Assembly: GCF_000143415.4 (NCBI RefSeq)
Contig: NW_003314262.1
Location: forward strand, 2,592,603-2,656,602
Direction of reading: 5' to 3'
Length of the DNA stretch: 64,000 nucleotides
DNA from: Selaginella moellendorffii
Lineage: Eukaryota; Plantae; Lycopodiophyta
A program made the position numbers and the translations under genes. Positions 1 through 10,998 of this stretch are shown here, in pieces (position 1 is the first letter of the stretch; the number at the start of each line of letters is the position of its first letter). Below the pieces are notes generated by a model that saw nothing but the letters and a program-made list of their open reading frames with translations, was not told the DNA's origin and did not search any database.

Positions 1-2256
1 TTGTGGGCTGCTTCCAGGAGGCTCATACCCCAGGAAATGCTCGGGTCTCCCAAAAACTGGAGAGCTCTTCGAAAGCAGTATGCACGCTTTGTTGGACTTC
101 GGAGGTACGAAGCATTTTCCTCGGTTCAGCTGTTGCAGAAGCATAAGGTTTCCGACTTTACTTTTCTGAGCAAGCGGGATACAATCAAGGAACTCGAAGG
201 AGTTGGATATTTCCGAACTCAAATGGTAGAAGACTGGCTATACTGGATTTTTACAAACGTATTGGTTCCTCTGATACGTGTTCACTTCTACGTTACAGAG
301 AGCGAGAATCAACGGCAAAATGTGGTGTTTTACCGGAAGCCTATATGGTCGCAGATTCAGTCTGCGGCTGTTCGTGATCTATCAAAGACTGTCTACAAAC
401 GTGTGGACGCTGACAAAGCCCTCAGGAACCGAGCACTGGGATTCTCTAAAGTCCGGCTTCTTCCGAAAAAAACGAGCGTCAGACCAATAGCTAATCTCGG
501 CTCGGCATCAATCTACGTGGTCAAGCGTAAAGACTCCACCTTTCTGAAGTCCAGGAAAGGAAAACGGGTTGTTCATGTCAGCCATCGAAGGAGATCATCC
601 GATCTAAGTTCCGGTTCCAGGGGTGATGGGAAAATTCAGACAGTTTATTCGTTCAAGTCCGTCAATTCTGCTCTCGGGGATGCTCATCAGTGTCTGAAGC
701 TTGAGCAAGAAAGTCATCAAGGTGATCTTGGCGCGTCTGTATTCGGCTACAACGACATCTACTTGAAGCTGCTTCCTTTCATCCGACGTTTCAGACAACG
801 AGAACCAACGAAAGTTTTTCTGGCTGTTTGTGATGTCGCTAATGCGTTCGACACTATCGATCAGGAACGGCTTTACAGCATTGTTGACAAGTTCTTGCAC
901 GAGGAGAAGTACGTTGTTTTGCGGTTTACTTCCGTCCGTAGCAGGCTGGCATCTGTCCGAGTGCTTCACGAGAAAGCCTGTGCTACTGCGGGGAGTGATG
1001 GGAGGGTCTACAACTTTGTTCGAAACTTGACAACTAAGCGCTCCGAAACAATATTTACTGATCAGGTTTGTTCTTTGGTTATTACAGGGCGTTGTCTTAC
1101 TAACAAATCGTTACCACAGGCCTATCACTCTAATGTGTCAAGAGTGCAGCTATTGAGAGTTCTCAAAGAACACATCAAATCCAATATCTTGCACCTCGGC
1201 CACAACTTCTTTCAACAATTTACCGGTATTCCTCAAGGCAGCGTACTTTCGTCTTTCCTATGCGCGTTATACTATGGTTACCTGGACTTGCGCCACATAC
1301 TACCAGCTTTACAAGGGAAACCTCAGGACGGCCTGGTGAAGGAAGAGACCACAGACGAGGCTCTTCTTATGCGGCTGGTGGACGACTCCTTATTTATATC
1401 GACGTCTGAAGCAAAGGCAACACTTTTCTTGAACGTAATGCACAGGGACCTCGAACAGTTCGGATGCTGTGTCAACGAGGACAAAACATCTACAAGCTTT
1501 GATACTGACATTAGTGGGAAGAACGTGAAGTCCATGTATTCGACTGAAGATGGGGCTTGTTTCATGCGATGGAGTGGTTTGCTCATCAACTGTCACACTC
1601 TTGAAATCCAAGCCGACTATACGAGGTTCGTTTGAAAGCGATCACGTTTCTTGTATGTTTTGACATGTTTTTACAGATACTGCGGCGAACACATCAGATC
1701 TAGTCTGACGGTCATGAGGTGCCACAAACAAGGACTGAATCTGGTTGTGAAGATGTTTCATTTCATGAGGCCGAAATGTCATCCGGTATTTTACGACTCC
1801 GAGATCAACTCAGCATCAACGATATCCTTGAACGCATACCAAGCGTTTCTTCTTTGTGCGATGAAGTTTCATGCGTATTTGAAGTGCTTACGGCCATTCA
1901 ACGTCAATAATCCACTATTCCTTTTCCAGGCAATTCGAAGAACGACGAGGTGAGTTGTATTCCTGAAGATAAGAGTGACCAAGTCTTTTTCCAGGTATAC
2001 CTTTCGATTGATTCGGCAAAGAATGCAAGCCGTGGGATCTGGGAAAGTATTGAGCCGAGCAAAAGAAATGGAGTGGCTAGGCTGGGCAGCGTTTCACAAA
2101 GTACTTTCGAAGAAGCAAAGCACTCACAAGCGTCTACTGTTACTGATTCAGAGAGAACTCAAGCTGGACAAATACAAGCACTACCGTTCTGCCCCACATA
2201 TGCTTTCAGCAACGGACGAGACGCGTTCTTCAATGTTCAAAACCATCAGGTATTGA
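1..2256 (+). CDS. TERT: Telomerase reverse transcriptase, 5'-truncated by window edge; exons <1-1065, 1120-1625, 1677-1949, 1995-2256
   Basis: Telomerase T motif (HFYVTE), RT motifs 1/2 (RLLPK..RPI), A (DVANAFD), B' (GIPQGSVLS), C (LMRLVDD), E (WSGL) and a C-terminal extension. GT-AG introns 1626-1676 and 1950-1994 join the three ORF pieces in frame; probable 54-nt in-frame intron at 1066-1119. Confidence 0.96.
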
Positions 2257-2316
2257 GTTTTCTTTTCTAAAAACTGCATCTCTGAAGGGCAGTGTTGATA
2301 AAAGGTTTTGAAGGAA

Positions 2317-4215
2317 ATGATACGGGGGGAACCATTTGCTACAGCAGGACATCTCAGCTTCTTGCAAGACAGCATTCCAGGTTCAGAGAGGCCAGATAGG
2401 AGCTCAGGGAGAAACGGGGAGGTATCTCAAGGAGACTTACGGGCTTATCACTATTTTCATCTGGATGGGAAGCGGCCAGACATTTTCCTTACTATCGCCG
2501 CTCTCAAGTTTTGCAGCCGCGCCAAGGACTTAGAAAACGGAAAGAAGATTCACGGCTACGTGGTCGAGAGCAGGGAAGACAGAGACGTCTACGTTGCGAA
2601 CGCGCTGCTGGCTATGTACGCAAAATGCGGCAGCCTGGGTGAGGCCCGTAAGACTTTCGACGGTATACTGCAGCCGACAGTCGTTTCATGGACGTGTGTG
2701 ATCTCGGGATATGCAGACTGTGGAGAGGCAGGCTTGGCTTTGCAACTGTTTCAACGTATGAGGGAAGAAAACTGTCTGCCGAACCGTGTCACATTTTTCG
2801 CTGCCTTGAAGGCCTGTTCTGGCTTAGCGGAGGTGGAAGAAGAAGCTAAGCAAGCGGACGGAAGGCTCGTAAAACTTGTGTCACTGGAGAAGGGACGGGA
2901 AATCCATGCTCAGGCTGCAAAGTTTGGGCTCGACAGGGACACTTTCGTGGCGAGCTCTTTGGTGGACATGTATGGGAAGTGTGGGAGTATGGAAGACGCT
3001 CGCAGAGTTTTCGACAAGATTCAAGGCTGCCAAGACGTCGTTCTGTGGAACTCCATCATTCTCGGCTATGCTGAATGTGGAGACGGTTGCGCGGCACTCG
3101 AGTTGTTCGAGGACATGCAACGGAAGGGGTTTACACCGAACGCTCGGACTTTCGTCGCTGCTGTCAAGGCTCTGGCTTGCTTAGCCACACCCACGGAAGG
3201 TATCCTCCAAGCGGCTCAGTGCGACGAGAAGACTTTCATCAGGTGGTGCCTCGTCAAGGCCAGAGATATTCACGCCGTGATCGAGAGCAGTGGACACGCA
3301 AGGAACGTATTCGTGGCCAGCTCTTTGGTGGACATGTATGGGAAGTATGGAAGTCTAGCGGAGGCAAGGCGTGTCTTCGACAACATGCGGCTTCACGACG
3401 CCGTGTCCTGGAACTCCATGATCCTGGGATACGCAGAGGCTGGAGAGCACGAGATGGCTTTGGAGCTGTATCAACGCATGCAGAGAGAAGGCTGTGAACC
3501 AAACCGAGTGACTTTCGTTGCTGCGCTCAAGGCCTGCTGTGGCTTGGGAGCTCTGGAAGTGGGAAGAAGTATAGAGGCGAATGCGGTGGACTTGAAAATG
3601 GAGGCTGATATCGTCGTTGCGACTTCGCTGGTGGATTTCTACGGCAAGTGTGGCTGTGTGGCTGATGCGCAGCGGGTTTTCGACGCATTCCCGGCAACGA
3701 AAACCAAAGGCCTGGTTACTTGGAATGCGCTGATCGCGGGGTACAGCCGCCAAGGGGACTGCAAGATGGTCTTCGGGATCTTCGAGTGCATGCACAGGAA
3801 ACGCTTGCAACCGGACGGGATCACGTTTTTATCAGTTCTCGCCGTGTGCTGCCATGGCGGACTGGTGGAAGAAGGCAAGAAGTACTTCCAGGCCATGCTT
3901 CCAAGCTACTCGGTTTCTCCCACAGCCGAGCACTATGGTTACATGGTCGAGCTGCTGGGCAGTGCAAACCAGCTCGACGTCGCCCTGGGGATGGTGAGGA
4001 GCATGCCTGTGCGGCCGAGTTTGAGCATCTGGATCACGCTCCTGGGAGCGTGTCGGAAGTGGCGGAACGTAGCTATCGGAGAGCTTGCATTCGAGGAAGC
4101 AGTGAGACTGGACGAGAAGAATGCCTCGGCGTATGTGTTGATTGCGGCGATTTACAAGGAAGCGGGAATGCGGGAAGAGAGCGCTCGAGCCCAGGCAGCT
4201 TTGCATATTCTTTAA
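2317..4215 (+). CDS. PLS-class pentatricopeptide repeat protein with C-terminal E domain (no DYW)
   Basis: Repeated MYxKCGSxxxARxxFD / VSWxxMIxGYA / PNRVTFxxxLKAC motifs; E-type tail (PTAEHYGYMVELLG...W..LLGACR...AYVL); intronless. First ATG is at 2317. Confidence 0.92.
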   Translation: MIRGEPFATAGHLSFLQDSIPGSERPDRSSGRNGEVSQGDLRAYHYFHLDGKRPDIFLTIAALKFCSRAKDLENGKKIHGYVVESREDRDVYVANALLAMYAKCGSLGEARKTFDGILQPTVVSWTCVISGYADCGEAGLALQLFQRMREENCLPNRVTFFAALKACSGLAEVEEEAKQADGRLVKLVSLEKGREIHAQAAKFGLDRDTFVASSLVDMYGKCGSMEDARRVFDKIQGCQDVVLWNSIILGYAECGDGCAALELFEDMQRKGFTPNARTFVAAVKALACLATPTEGILQAAQCDEKTFIRWCLVKARDIHAVIESSGHARNVFVASSLVDMYGKYGSLAEARRVFDNMRLHDAVSWNSMILGYAEAGEHEMALELYQRMQREGCEPNRVTFVAALKACCGLGALEVGRSIEANAVDLKMEADIVVATSLVDFYGKCGCVADAQRVFDAFPATKTKGLVTWNALIAGYSRQGDCKMVFGIFECMHRKRLQPDGITFLSVLAVCCHGGLVEEGKKYFQAMLPSYSVSPTAEHYGYMVELLGSANQLDVALGMVRSMPVRPSLSIWITLLGACRKWRNVAIGELAFEEAVRLDEKNASAYVLIAAIYKEAGMREESARAQAALHIL

Positions 4216-4669
4216 ATTACTCTTGTCATGCGAAAATTTCTTTATAAAGAGCTTTAAAGCTTAGAGTTTAGGGTTTTAGATCGAGGTTCTACCCTATGGA
4301 GATTCAGTGATTGAGGGAGGAAAGCAGTGGTACATTTGATAAAAACCAGCCAAAAGAGACGAGGTCGATTCGGTCATTGTGCTACTTTGGAATCCAACGA
4401 GGCAATTGCAGCTGCAGCACCAAATCAAGGCAAGGATCAGACTTTGGCTTTAATCTCTGGTGCTGAAGGCTGCACGTCTCTTCCCGCGAAGTATAATTGC
4501 TCTGATCAAGTGTTTAAGTTCCGATGGAGATCTATACAATTTCAATTTCAAGGTCAGTTCGTGATTGCCATATGTTTTTATATGTTTGTAATGATCTTTA
4601 CTTATCTTGCAGATAAATCTTGCGAGAAATCACGGATGGTGCTACGATCCACCTATTGAGCCAGTAGCG

Positions 4670-4832
4670 GAATGTGTATTGGTGAAGAACCTTTCTGGAG
4701 TTGTCTGGAAGTGAAATATTTTCCACTCTTTTACTAGGTCACCAGGAGCTCCTGACGAGAAAGACCAGCCTAGCCCCAGCAGAATGACCCACGAGCTCGT
4801 CCATGCAAGGAAGGAGGAGGCGAGCTCCCGCA
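4670..4832 (+). pseudogene. Heavily deleted duplicate of the LCYB promoter and exon-1 start
   Basis: Collinear blocks match 7248-7752: AACCTTTCTGGAGTTGTC, CACCAGGAGCTCCTGACGAG, GCCTAGCCC/CAGCAGAATG, CGAGCTCGTCCATGC, CGAGCTCCCGC. Confidence 0.75.
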
Positions 4833-4879
4833 GCTGATGCACAGTGAGTTTCGACCAAAGGAAGCTCTGAGACTAAATT

Positions 4880-7240
4880 CCTTAAAAGCACATACTATAA
4901 AATTAAACCTAATTGAAAAAGCAAAAAGTTATATAATGTTGAAAAAATTACTATATAGCAGGTTAAGTTTATAAAAAGGCTGCTTGGACTGAGCTTATGT
5001 TAGAAATTTAAAAGGATCATATATCTATTAAATATATTTGTAGCACTGATAAATATATATTTTTAATATCAGCTCCAGTATTGGACTAAACATTTCATAA
5101 ATAAGGTTAAATGTAAATCAGTATACACTACAAGAAACTTTGGGATAAATACTACACTTATTTTAATTTTATAAAAAATAAAATTATATAAAAAGATATG
5201 GGTATGGGAATAAGAAGGGTTATCCCTACTTATATACAAGAATGGATAAATTAAATTTAGTCATAAATAAATGGTAAATATGTTATACTACTATAAATAG
5301 TGTATTATCTAGGCAAGGTATATATATATATATTACAAACCTTACACCAATTCTCACTAAAAGATAGAAAGGTGATAATGATAAATTAAGTGGAACATAA
5401 CTTTCATGACCTATGCTAACTCAAACTCATTACTTTTGTTCTCATTTAACATTGTACATGGGAGGTTGAACTCATTTTATTTGTTCTCCACATCCTCATT
5501 ATCCCTTTGAAGAAAATTTTTCTTTGAAGTATTAGCTTTAATTGAATTGTAATGTATATGATTTTCATCTTTTATCCTATAATGATTTACCATATGATAA
5601 CCACGAAGTGGAACCTAAACCATCCACATGCCACGTGTCATATGCCATGTATCACATGCCATATGCCTAGGGACAGCAGAGCAAAACCGAAGTTTCAAAG
5701 CTTTAGGCCACTAAATGAAAAAACAAAGCAAAACTCTTAAACATAGAGCTACGGAGCAAATAAACTAGATCATGGAGAGACTATTGAGCATACAGTTTAA
5801 GGAGCGAAGGAATATGAGTATGGAATGACTTGGAACAATCGTAAAGCATTTAGCATCATAATGTTAGGACCAACATGCAAAATGGAGTTAAAAAGAGTTT
5901 GACACTATTTTAGTATACCAATGGTCTAACGTGAGGATATGGATATGCTACTAATTAGCATAATGTAAAATTTAAATTTAGACTTAAACCAAACACAAAA
6001 CAAAAATAGATATGCAAATAGGAGTTAGATTATACTTTAGGTTGGTTGGCCATGCCTGACCTACCCACTATCTCTACTATACATTTGGAACTTCATACAT
6101 CCCCCCCCTTGAAAAACACATCCTTTAAACTTTCACTCTTAGCCACCTTTAGTACCAAAAGTTAACTTGAAATTACTAAATATGGAATGGTATTAGATTG
6201 CTAATTTAGATATGGAACCAACATTATTGTGTTCAAGACAATCTTTACATTCTATAGATATGCTAAATTACTAAATCTAAACACTTTCTATAAATAACAA
6301 TTAGGACTGAATAGACTTAACATAAAATACATGATACCAAGGGTGTTTGGTAGACATGGTAAGTTATCATCTTGTGAATATTTAAGGACCAAGCTCAATA
6401 TCATGAGGGTTCCCAACACTAGTAAGTGCAAGCCAACATATAAATTTCTCTTACCAGGCTAAATATGTTCAACAAGAAACACATAAGAGTTCATACTTTA
6501 TATTTATTTTGCATAAGTACATATATGATAACCAGTTGCTCAATTAACTTGAGTGGAAACTAATAAAGGATTTAACATTTGTAACATGAACTTGCTACAT
6601 TTATCCTTATTTTGCTAATTATGTTTGGCTTCACTCTATTATCATATTTATTCAACCTTACTACATCGGGGTTAAATATTCTATTTAGACTCATTACATT
6701 TATCTTCACTTCACAATCTACTTGCTTCACTTTTATATTTATTCATTTTCACTTTATTGTTGGGGTTGGACTCTTGTCTATTAAGTTGATAATTAATCTT
6801 TAGTTGTTATGAAAAAAAAGTTGGAAGTGTTTGAGCAAAGAGAAGAAATTACATATCCTGAGCATTCAAGAAACATTACAATTTGTTTTTGGAAAATAAA
6901 GTTTTTTTCTAATGATTTACAGTGTTTGGGATTATGCTTTTGCTTTTGTTTTATTATTCTTTTTTTCTCTTTAGATTTGTTATAGCTTTTCACCAGATTT
7001 AGGATTATCACTATTTAATCCAATGCAACTTTAGATCCTTAATTAATAATGGCATAGCACGGTAGAAGAATAGAATGCAATGGAAATCAGATGATACATT
7101 GTTGTTGTGGCTGTATCCTCTTTATATTTATAGACCTTACAAAAGTAAATTATTATATAAAATATTTATTTATTTCATTTTCACTTAAATATCATAAAGA
7201 AATCTTTATATAAGTATGATAAATTGTCATGGTGAATCTC
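4880..7240. mobile_element. AT-rich intergenic block, possibly a decayed LTR-retrotransposon remnant
   Basis: Minus-strand AAGGGGGGGG-A-TG at about 6110-6098 resembles a PPT followed by an LTR start. Broken minus-strand peptide traces (VEHI*PGKRN, HPWYH) near 6330-6475 weakly resemble a gypsy RNase H end. 7-bp CACATGC-like repeats at 5625-5670. Confidence 0.25.
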
Positions 7241-7380
7241 TACAAAGAATGTTTATTGATTAATAACCTTTCTGGAGTTGTCCTGGAAGTGTGAGAATTT
7301 TCACACTTTTACTACTTCATCCATTTACGCAATCAAACCACCAAATCCAATAAGCAAATGCGCAACACCACAGATAAATG

Positions 7381-7392
7381 GGCCACGTGGCC
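7381..7392. promoter_or_regulatory. Palindromic G-box (GGCCACGTGGCC) upstream of LCYB
   Basis: Perfect 12-bp palindrome with a CACGTG core about 115 bp upstream of the LCYB ATG; CCAAT nearby. Confidence 0.5.
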
Positions 7393-7505
7393 GAATCCAA
7401 ACGAGAGAACCTCGCAGTGGAGAGGCGACAAAGCCTTGGATGATATAGGCTATGGTATCGCGCCAGGCGCATCCTCCTCTAGCTTAGGTCGCGAAGATCA
7501 TCGCA

Positions 7506-9734
7506 ATGCCGGCCATGGCGGGAGCGCTCGAATCCCCCGCTACTCTCTCCGGCGGCGCCAGGCACCAGGAGCTCCTGACGAGGAAGATCGGCTTTGGAGG
7601 TAATCGCCTAGCCCTAGCGCCACAGCAGAATGGAGCGAGCTCGCGGAGAATTGAGGCGAGGCTGAAATCCAGCGCCGGCTCCGCGAGCTCGTCCATGCTG
7701 CTGGAGCTCGTCCCGGAGAGGAAGAAGGAGAGCTTGAGCTACGAGCTCCCGCTATTCAATCCGTCCAGGAAAGGGCCTCTGGATCTGGTTGTGGTGGGCG
7801 GAGGGCCTGCCGGGCTCGCAGTTGCCGCTCGAGTGTCCGCCGCTGGGCTTAGCGTTTGCTGCATCGATCCTTGCCCGCTCAGCATCTGGCCGAATAACTA
7901 TGGCGTCTGGGTGGACGAGTTTGAGGCGCTGGATTTGCTCGATTGCTTGGATCACACCTGGGCGAGCGCTGTGGTTTACATCGATGATGGTGTCAAGAAG
8001 TTCTTGCAGCGGCCGTATGGACGCGTGAACAGGAAGCGATTGAAAGCCAAGATGACCGAGCAGTGCATCGCTAATGGCGTCCAGTTCCTGGCAACCAAGG
8101 TAAGTTTCCTTCTCTCTTTCCGGACGTTGAGAATGCTTCATGGATTGATCTTCCTTGTTCTTTTTCTCGCGAGTTCTCATTCTTTGTTTCCTTTTCTTTG
8201 TTCTGAAGAACGTAGCGCATGACAGAGGAATCTCTCGTCGCAATGCTCCATGCATTGATCTTCGTCGTTCTCTTTCTCGCAAGTTCGTTCATTGCTCTTC
8301 CTCGTTCTCTTTCTCGCGAGTTGGTTCATGTTTTTCTTTCTTTCTCACGAGTTTTTCGTTCTCTCTTTTTCTTCTCAGGTGAAGAACGTAGTGCATGACA
8401 GAGAGAAATCTCGCGTCGCGTGTGAGGATGGAACTTGTCTCGAAAGCGCGTTGGTTCTCGACGCAACCGGGTTTTCGAAATGCCTCGTGCAGTATGACCA
8501 GCCTTTCAATCCAGGATACCAGGTGGCTTATGGGATTGTGGCCGAGGTAAGCTTTGTTTCTCTCGTGTTCTTTCGCAAAGCTTCCCCTCAGGTGGACTCG
8601 CATCCATTTGATCTGGACAAGATGGTCTTTATGGACTGGAGAGACTCGCACTTGGCTGGAAATCCCGAGATGATTCGTGGCAACAAGAAGCTTCCAACTT
8701 TTCTCTACGCCATGCCGTTCTCGTCAACCAAGATCTTTCTAGGTAGGACAGAGCTCGCATCCGCAAGTTCCTTTTCCTTTTCGTTATGCTTCTCCAGTGC
8801 TTTTGCAGAGGAGACTTCTCTAGTAGCGAGACCCGGCGTGCCCCTCAAAGAGATACAAAAGAGAATGGAGGTACGGCTCAGGCACCTGGGCATTCACGTA
8901 AAGAGCATCGAAGAGGACGAGTAAGTGCCATGCTTTCGTCCTTCGCATCTAAAAGTTTGCGAGTTTCGTGTAGAGTCTGCGTGATTCCAATGGGAGGTGT
9001 TCTTCCGGTTATTCCACAAAGAGTCCTGGGCATCGGAGGTACCGCAGGCCTAGTTCATCCATCCACTGGTAAGTTTATAGACGATTTTCTTCGCAATGTC
9101 GTTCGTTTTTCACTGCAAAACTTTCTTTTTGATCTTTCTCTCCAGGTTACATGGTTGCGAGAACATTAGCCGCGGCTCCGGTGGTCGCAGACGCTATCGT
9201 TCGCCAGCTCGGTAGCAGTAGAAGTAGCAGCAGTGTCACACATCTCCCCGACGATTTATCAGCTGAAGTATGGGCCGATCTCTGGCCGATCGAGAGAAAG
9301 AGACAGCGGGAGTTTTTCTGCTTTGGCATGGACATATTACTCAAGGTAAGCTTTCTCTCTCTCTCTTTTTTTTTTTCTGTTTTTTTGGTTTTTCGTTCGC
9401 TGCTCAAACAAACTTATCCCAGCTCGACTTATACGCGACGCGGAGGTTTTTTAGCGCTTTCTTCGACTTGGAGCCTCGGTTATGGCAGGGCTTTTTGTCC
9501 TCGCGCCTTTATCTTCCAGAGGTCTTTACGCTCCCCTCTATCAATTCACATCCTTGGCAGCTTTCCGTTGTTATTTGATTCGGCCACTCACAAGTGTAAA
9601 AATTCTCGCAGCTCGTCGCGTTTGGTCTGTCGCTGTTCGCGCACGCACCGGCAAAATCGAGACTAGAGATAATGGCCAAAGGAACTCCAGCGCTTGTCAC
9701 GATGGTAAACAATCTAATCACCACAAAAAGCTAA
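7506..9734 (+). CDS. LCYB: Lycopene beta-cyclase, plastid-targeted; exons 7506-8099, 8379-8546, 8592-8742, 8809-8920, 8974-9068, 9146-9345, 9423-9521, 9612-9734
   Basis: Beta-cyclase motif LLELVPE.KKE.L..ELPL, FAD-binding DLVVVGGGPAGLAVA, WPNNYGVWVDEF, FMDWRDSHL, PTFLYAMPFS, EETSLVARP, GGTAGLVHPSTGY, FFCFGMDILLK. All seven GT-AG introns restore the frame. Confidence 0.95.
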
Positions 9735-9892
9735 AAACGTTGATAGAAGTTATCGTTTTAAACCAAGCGGATATTCTTTAAGGAATCTAAGACAGATTCT
9801 TATCACTGGTTTCGAACCCGGAACTTTCATGGGGGCTATAAATTGTAAAGTGGGTTAGCGAGTTTTTTATTTCGAGGAGGGAAGGTCTCGCG

Positions 9893-10998
9893 ATGGCGGA
9901 GGAGTTCTTCTGGTCCGAGAGCGACGAGCCTCACGCATTGAGGCGGCGCCAGATGCTAGCCGCGTATCCGGAGATCAAGGAGCTCTTCGGGCCAGATCCA
10001 TCGGGCTTCTTTAAGGTCAGCGCCCCGCCCTTTTCTCTCCTTGCTCCAGCGCTCAATCCCCATCGCCGCGGGGCAATGTGGGATGCTGGCGCCTCCGATT
10101 CGCGATATTTCGATTCATTCCTCCAGTGCTTGTGCAGATTTCCGGCGTGGTGCTGCTCCAGATTTGCGCCGCGGCCTTGGTCCGCGATCTCGGTTGGCCC
10201 TTCATCGTCCTCCTCGCGTATTTCTTCGGCGCATTCCTCAATCACAACCTCTTCCTTGCGATCCACGAGCTGAGCCACAATCTCGTCTTCGCCACGCCGC
10301 TCCTCAACAAAATCCTCGGGATTTTTGCCAATCTCCCAGTCGGCATCCCCATGTCCATCACGTTCCAGAAGTACCACTTGGATCACCATAACTATCAGGG
10401 GATCCAGGGCCTGGACGTCGACATCCCCAGCTACAGCGAGGGCCGGATCGTCAGGAACACCGCTAGCAAGATCGTCTGGGTGTTCTTCCAGCTCTTCTTC
10501 TACGCTCTCCGGCCACTCTTCGTCAATCCAAAGCCTCCAGGACTCTGGGAGGCGCTTAACTTATCAGCACAGCTACTCTTCGATGCCGCCTTGGTATACT
10601 TCGCGGGCTACAAGCCACTGGCCTTTCTCATCCTCTCGACGTTCCTGGGTGGCGGACTCCATCCCATGGCCGGGCACTTCATCTCCGAGCACTACGTCTT
10701 CCAAAAGGGCCAGGAGACGTACTCTTACTACGGCCCGCTCAATCTCCTCACCTGGAACGTCGGCTACCACAACGAGCACCACGACTTCCCGCGGATCCCC
10801 GGCAGCAAGCTCTACAAGCTCAAGCAGATCGCTCCAGAGTTCTACGAGGGGCTAGCCTCGCACAGCTCCTGGATCGAGGTGATCTACAGATACATCACGG
10901 ATCCCACCATCGGGCCCTTTTGCCGAACGATCCGGAGGCCCGAGAACAACATGCTTTGCCGGAGACTCAACGAGATGGGTATCAAGAAGAGCTCTTGA
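9893..10998 (+). CDS. DES1: Sphingolipid delta-4 desaturase (DES1/DEGS family); exons 9893-10015, 10138-10998
   Basis: N-terminal F.WS...EPH..RR..ML..YPEIK.LFG motif; three His boxes HELSH, HLDHH, HNEHH; [12 protein letters not shown]. Confidence 0.94.
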
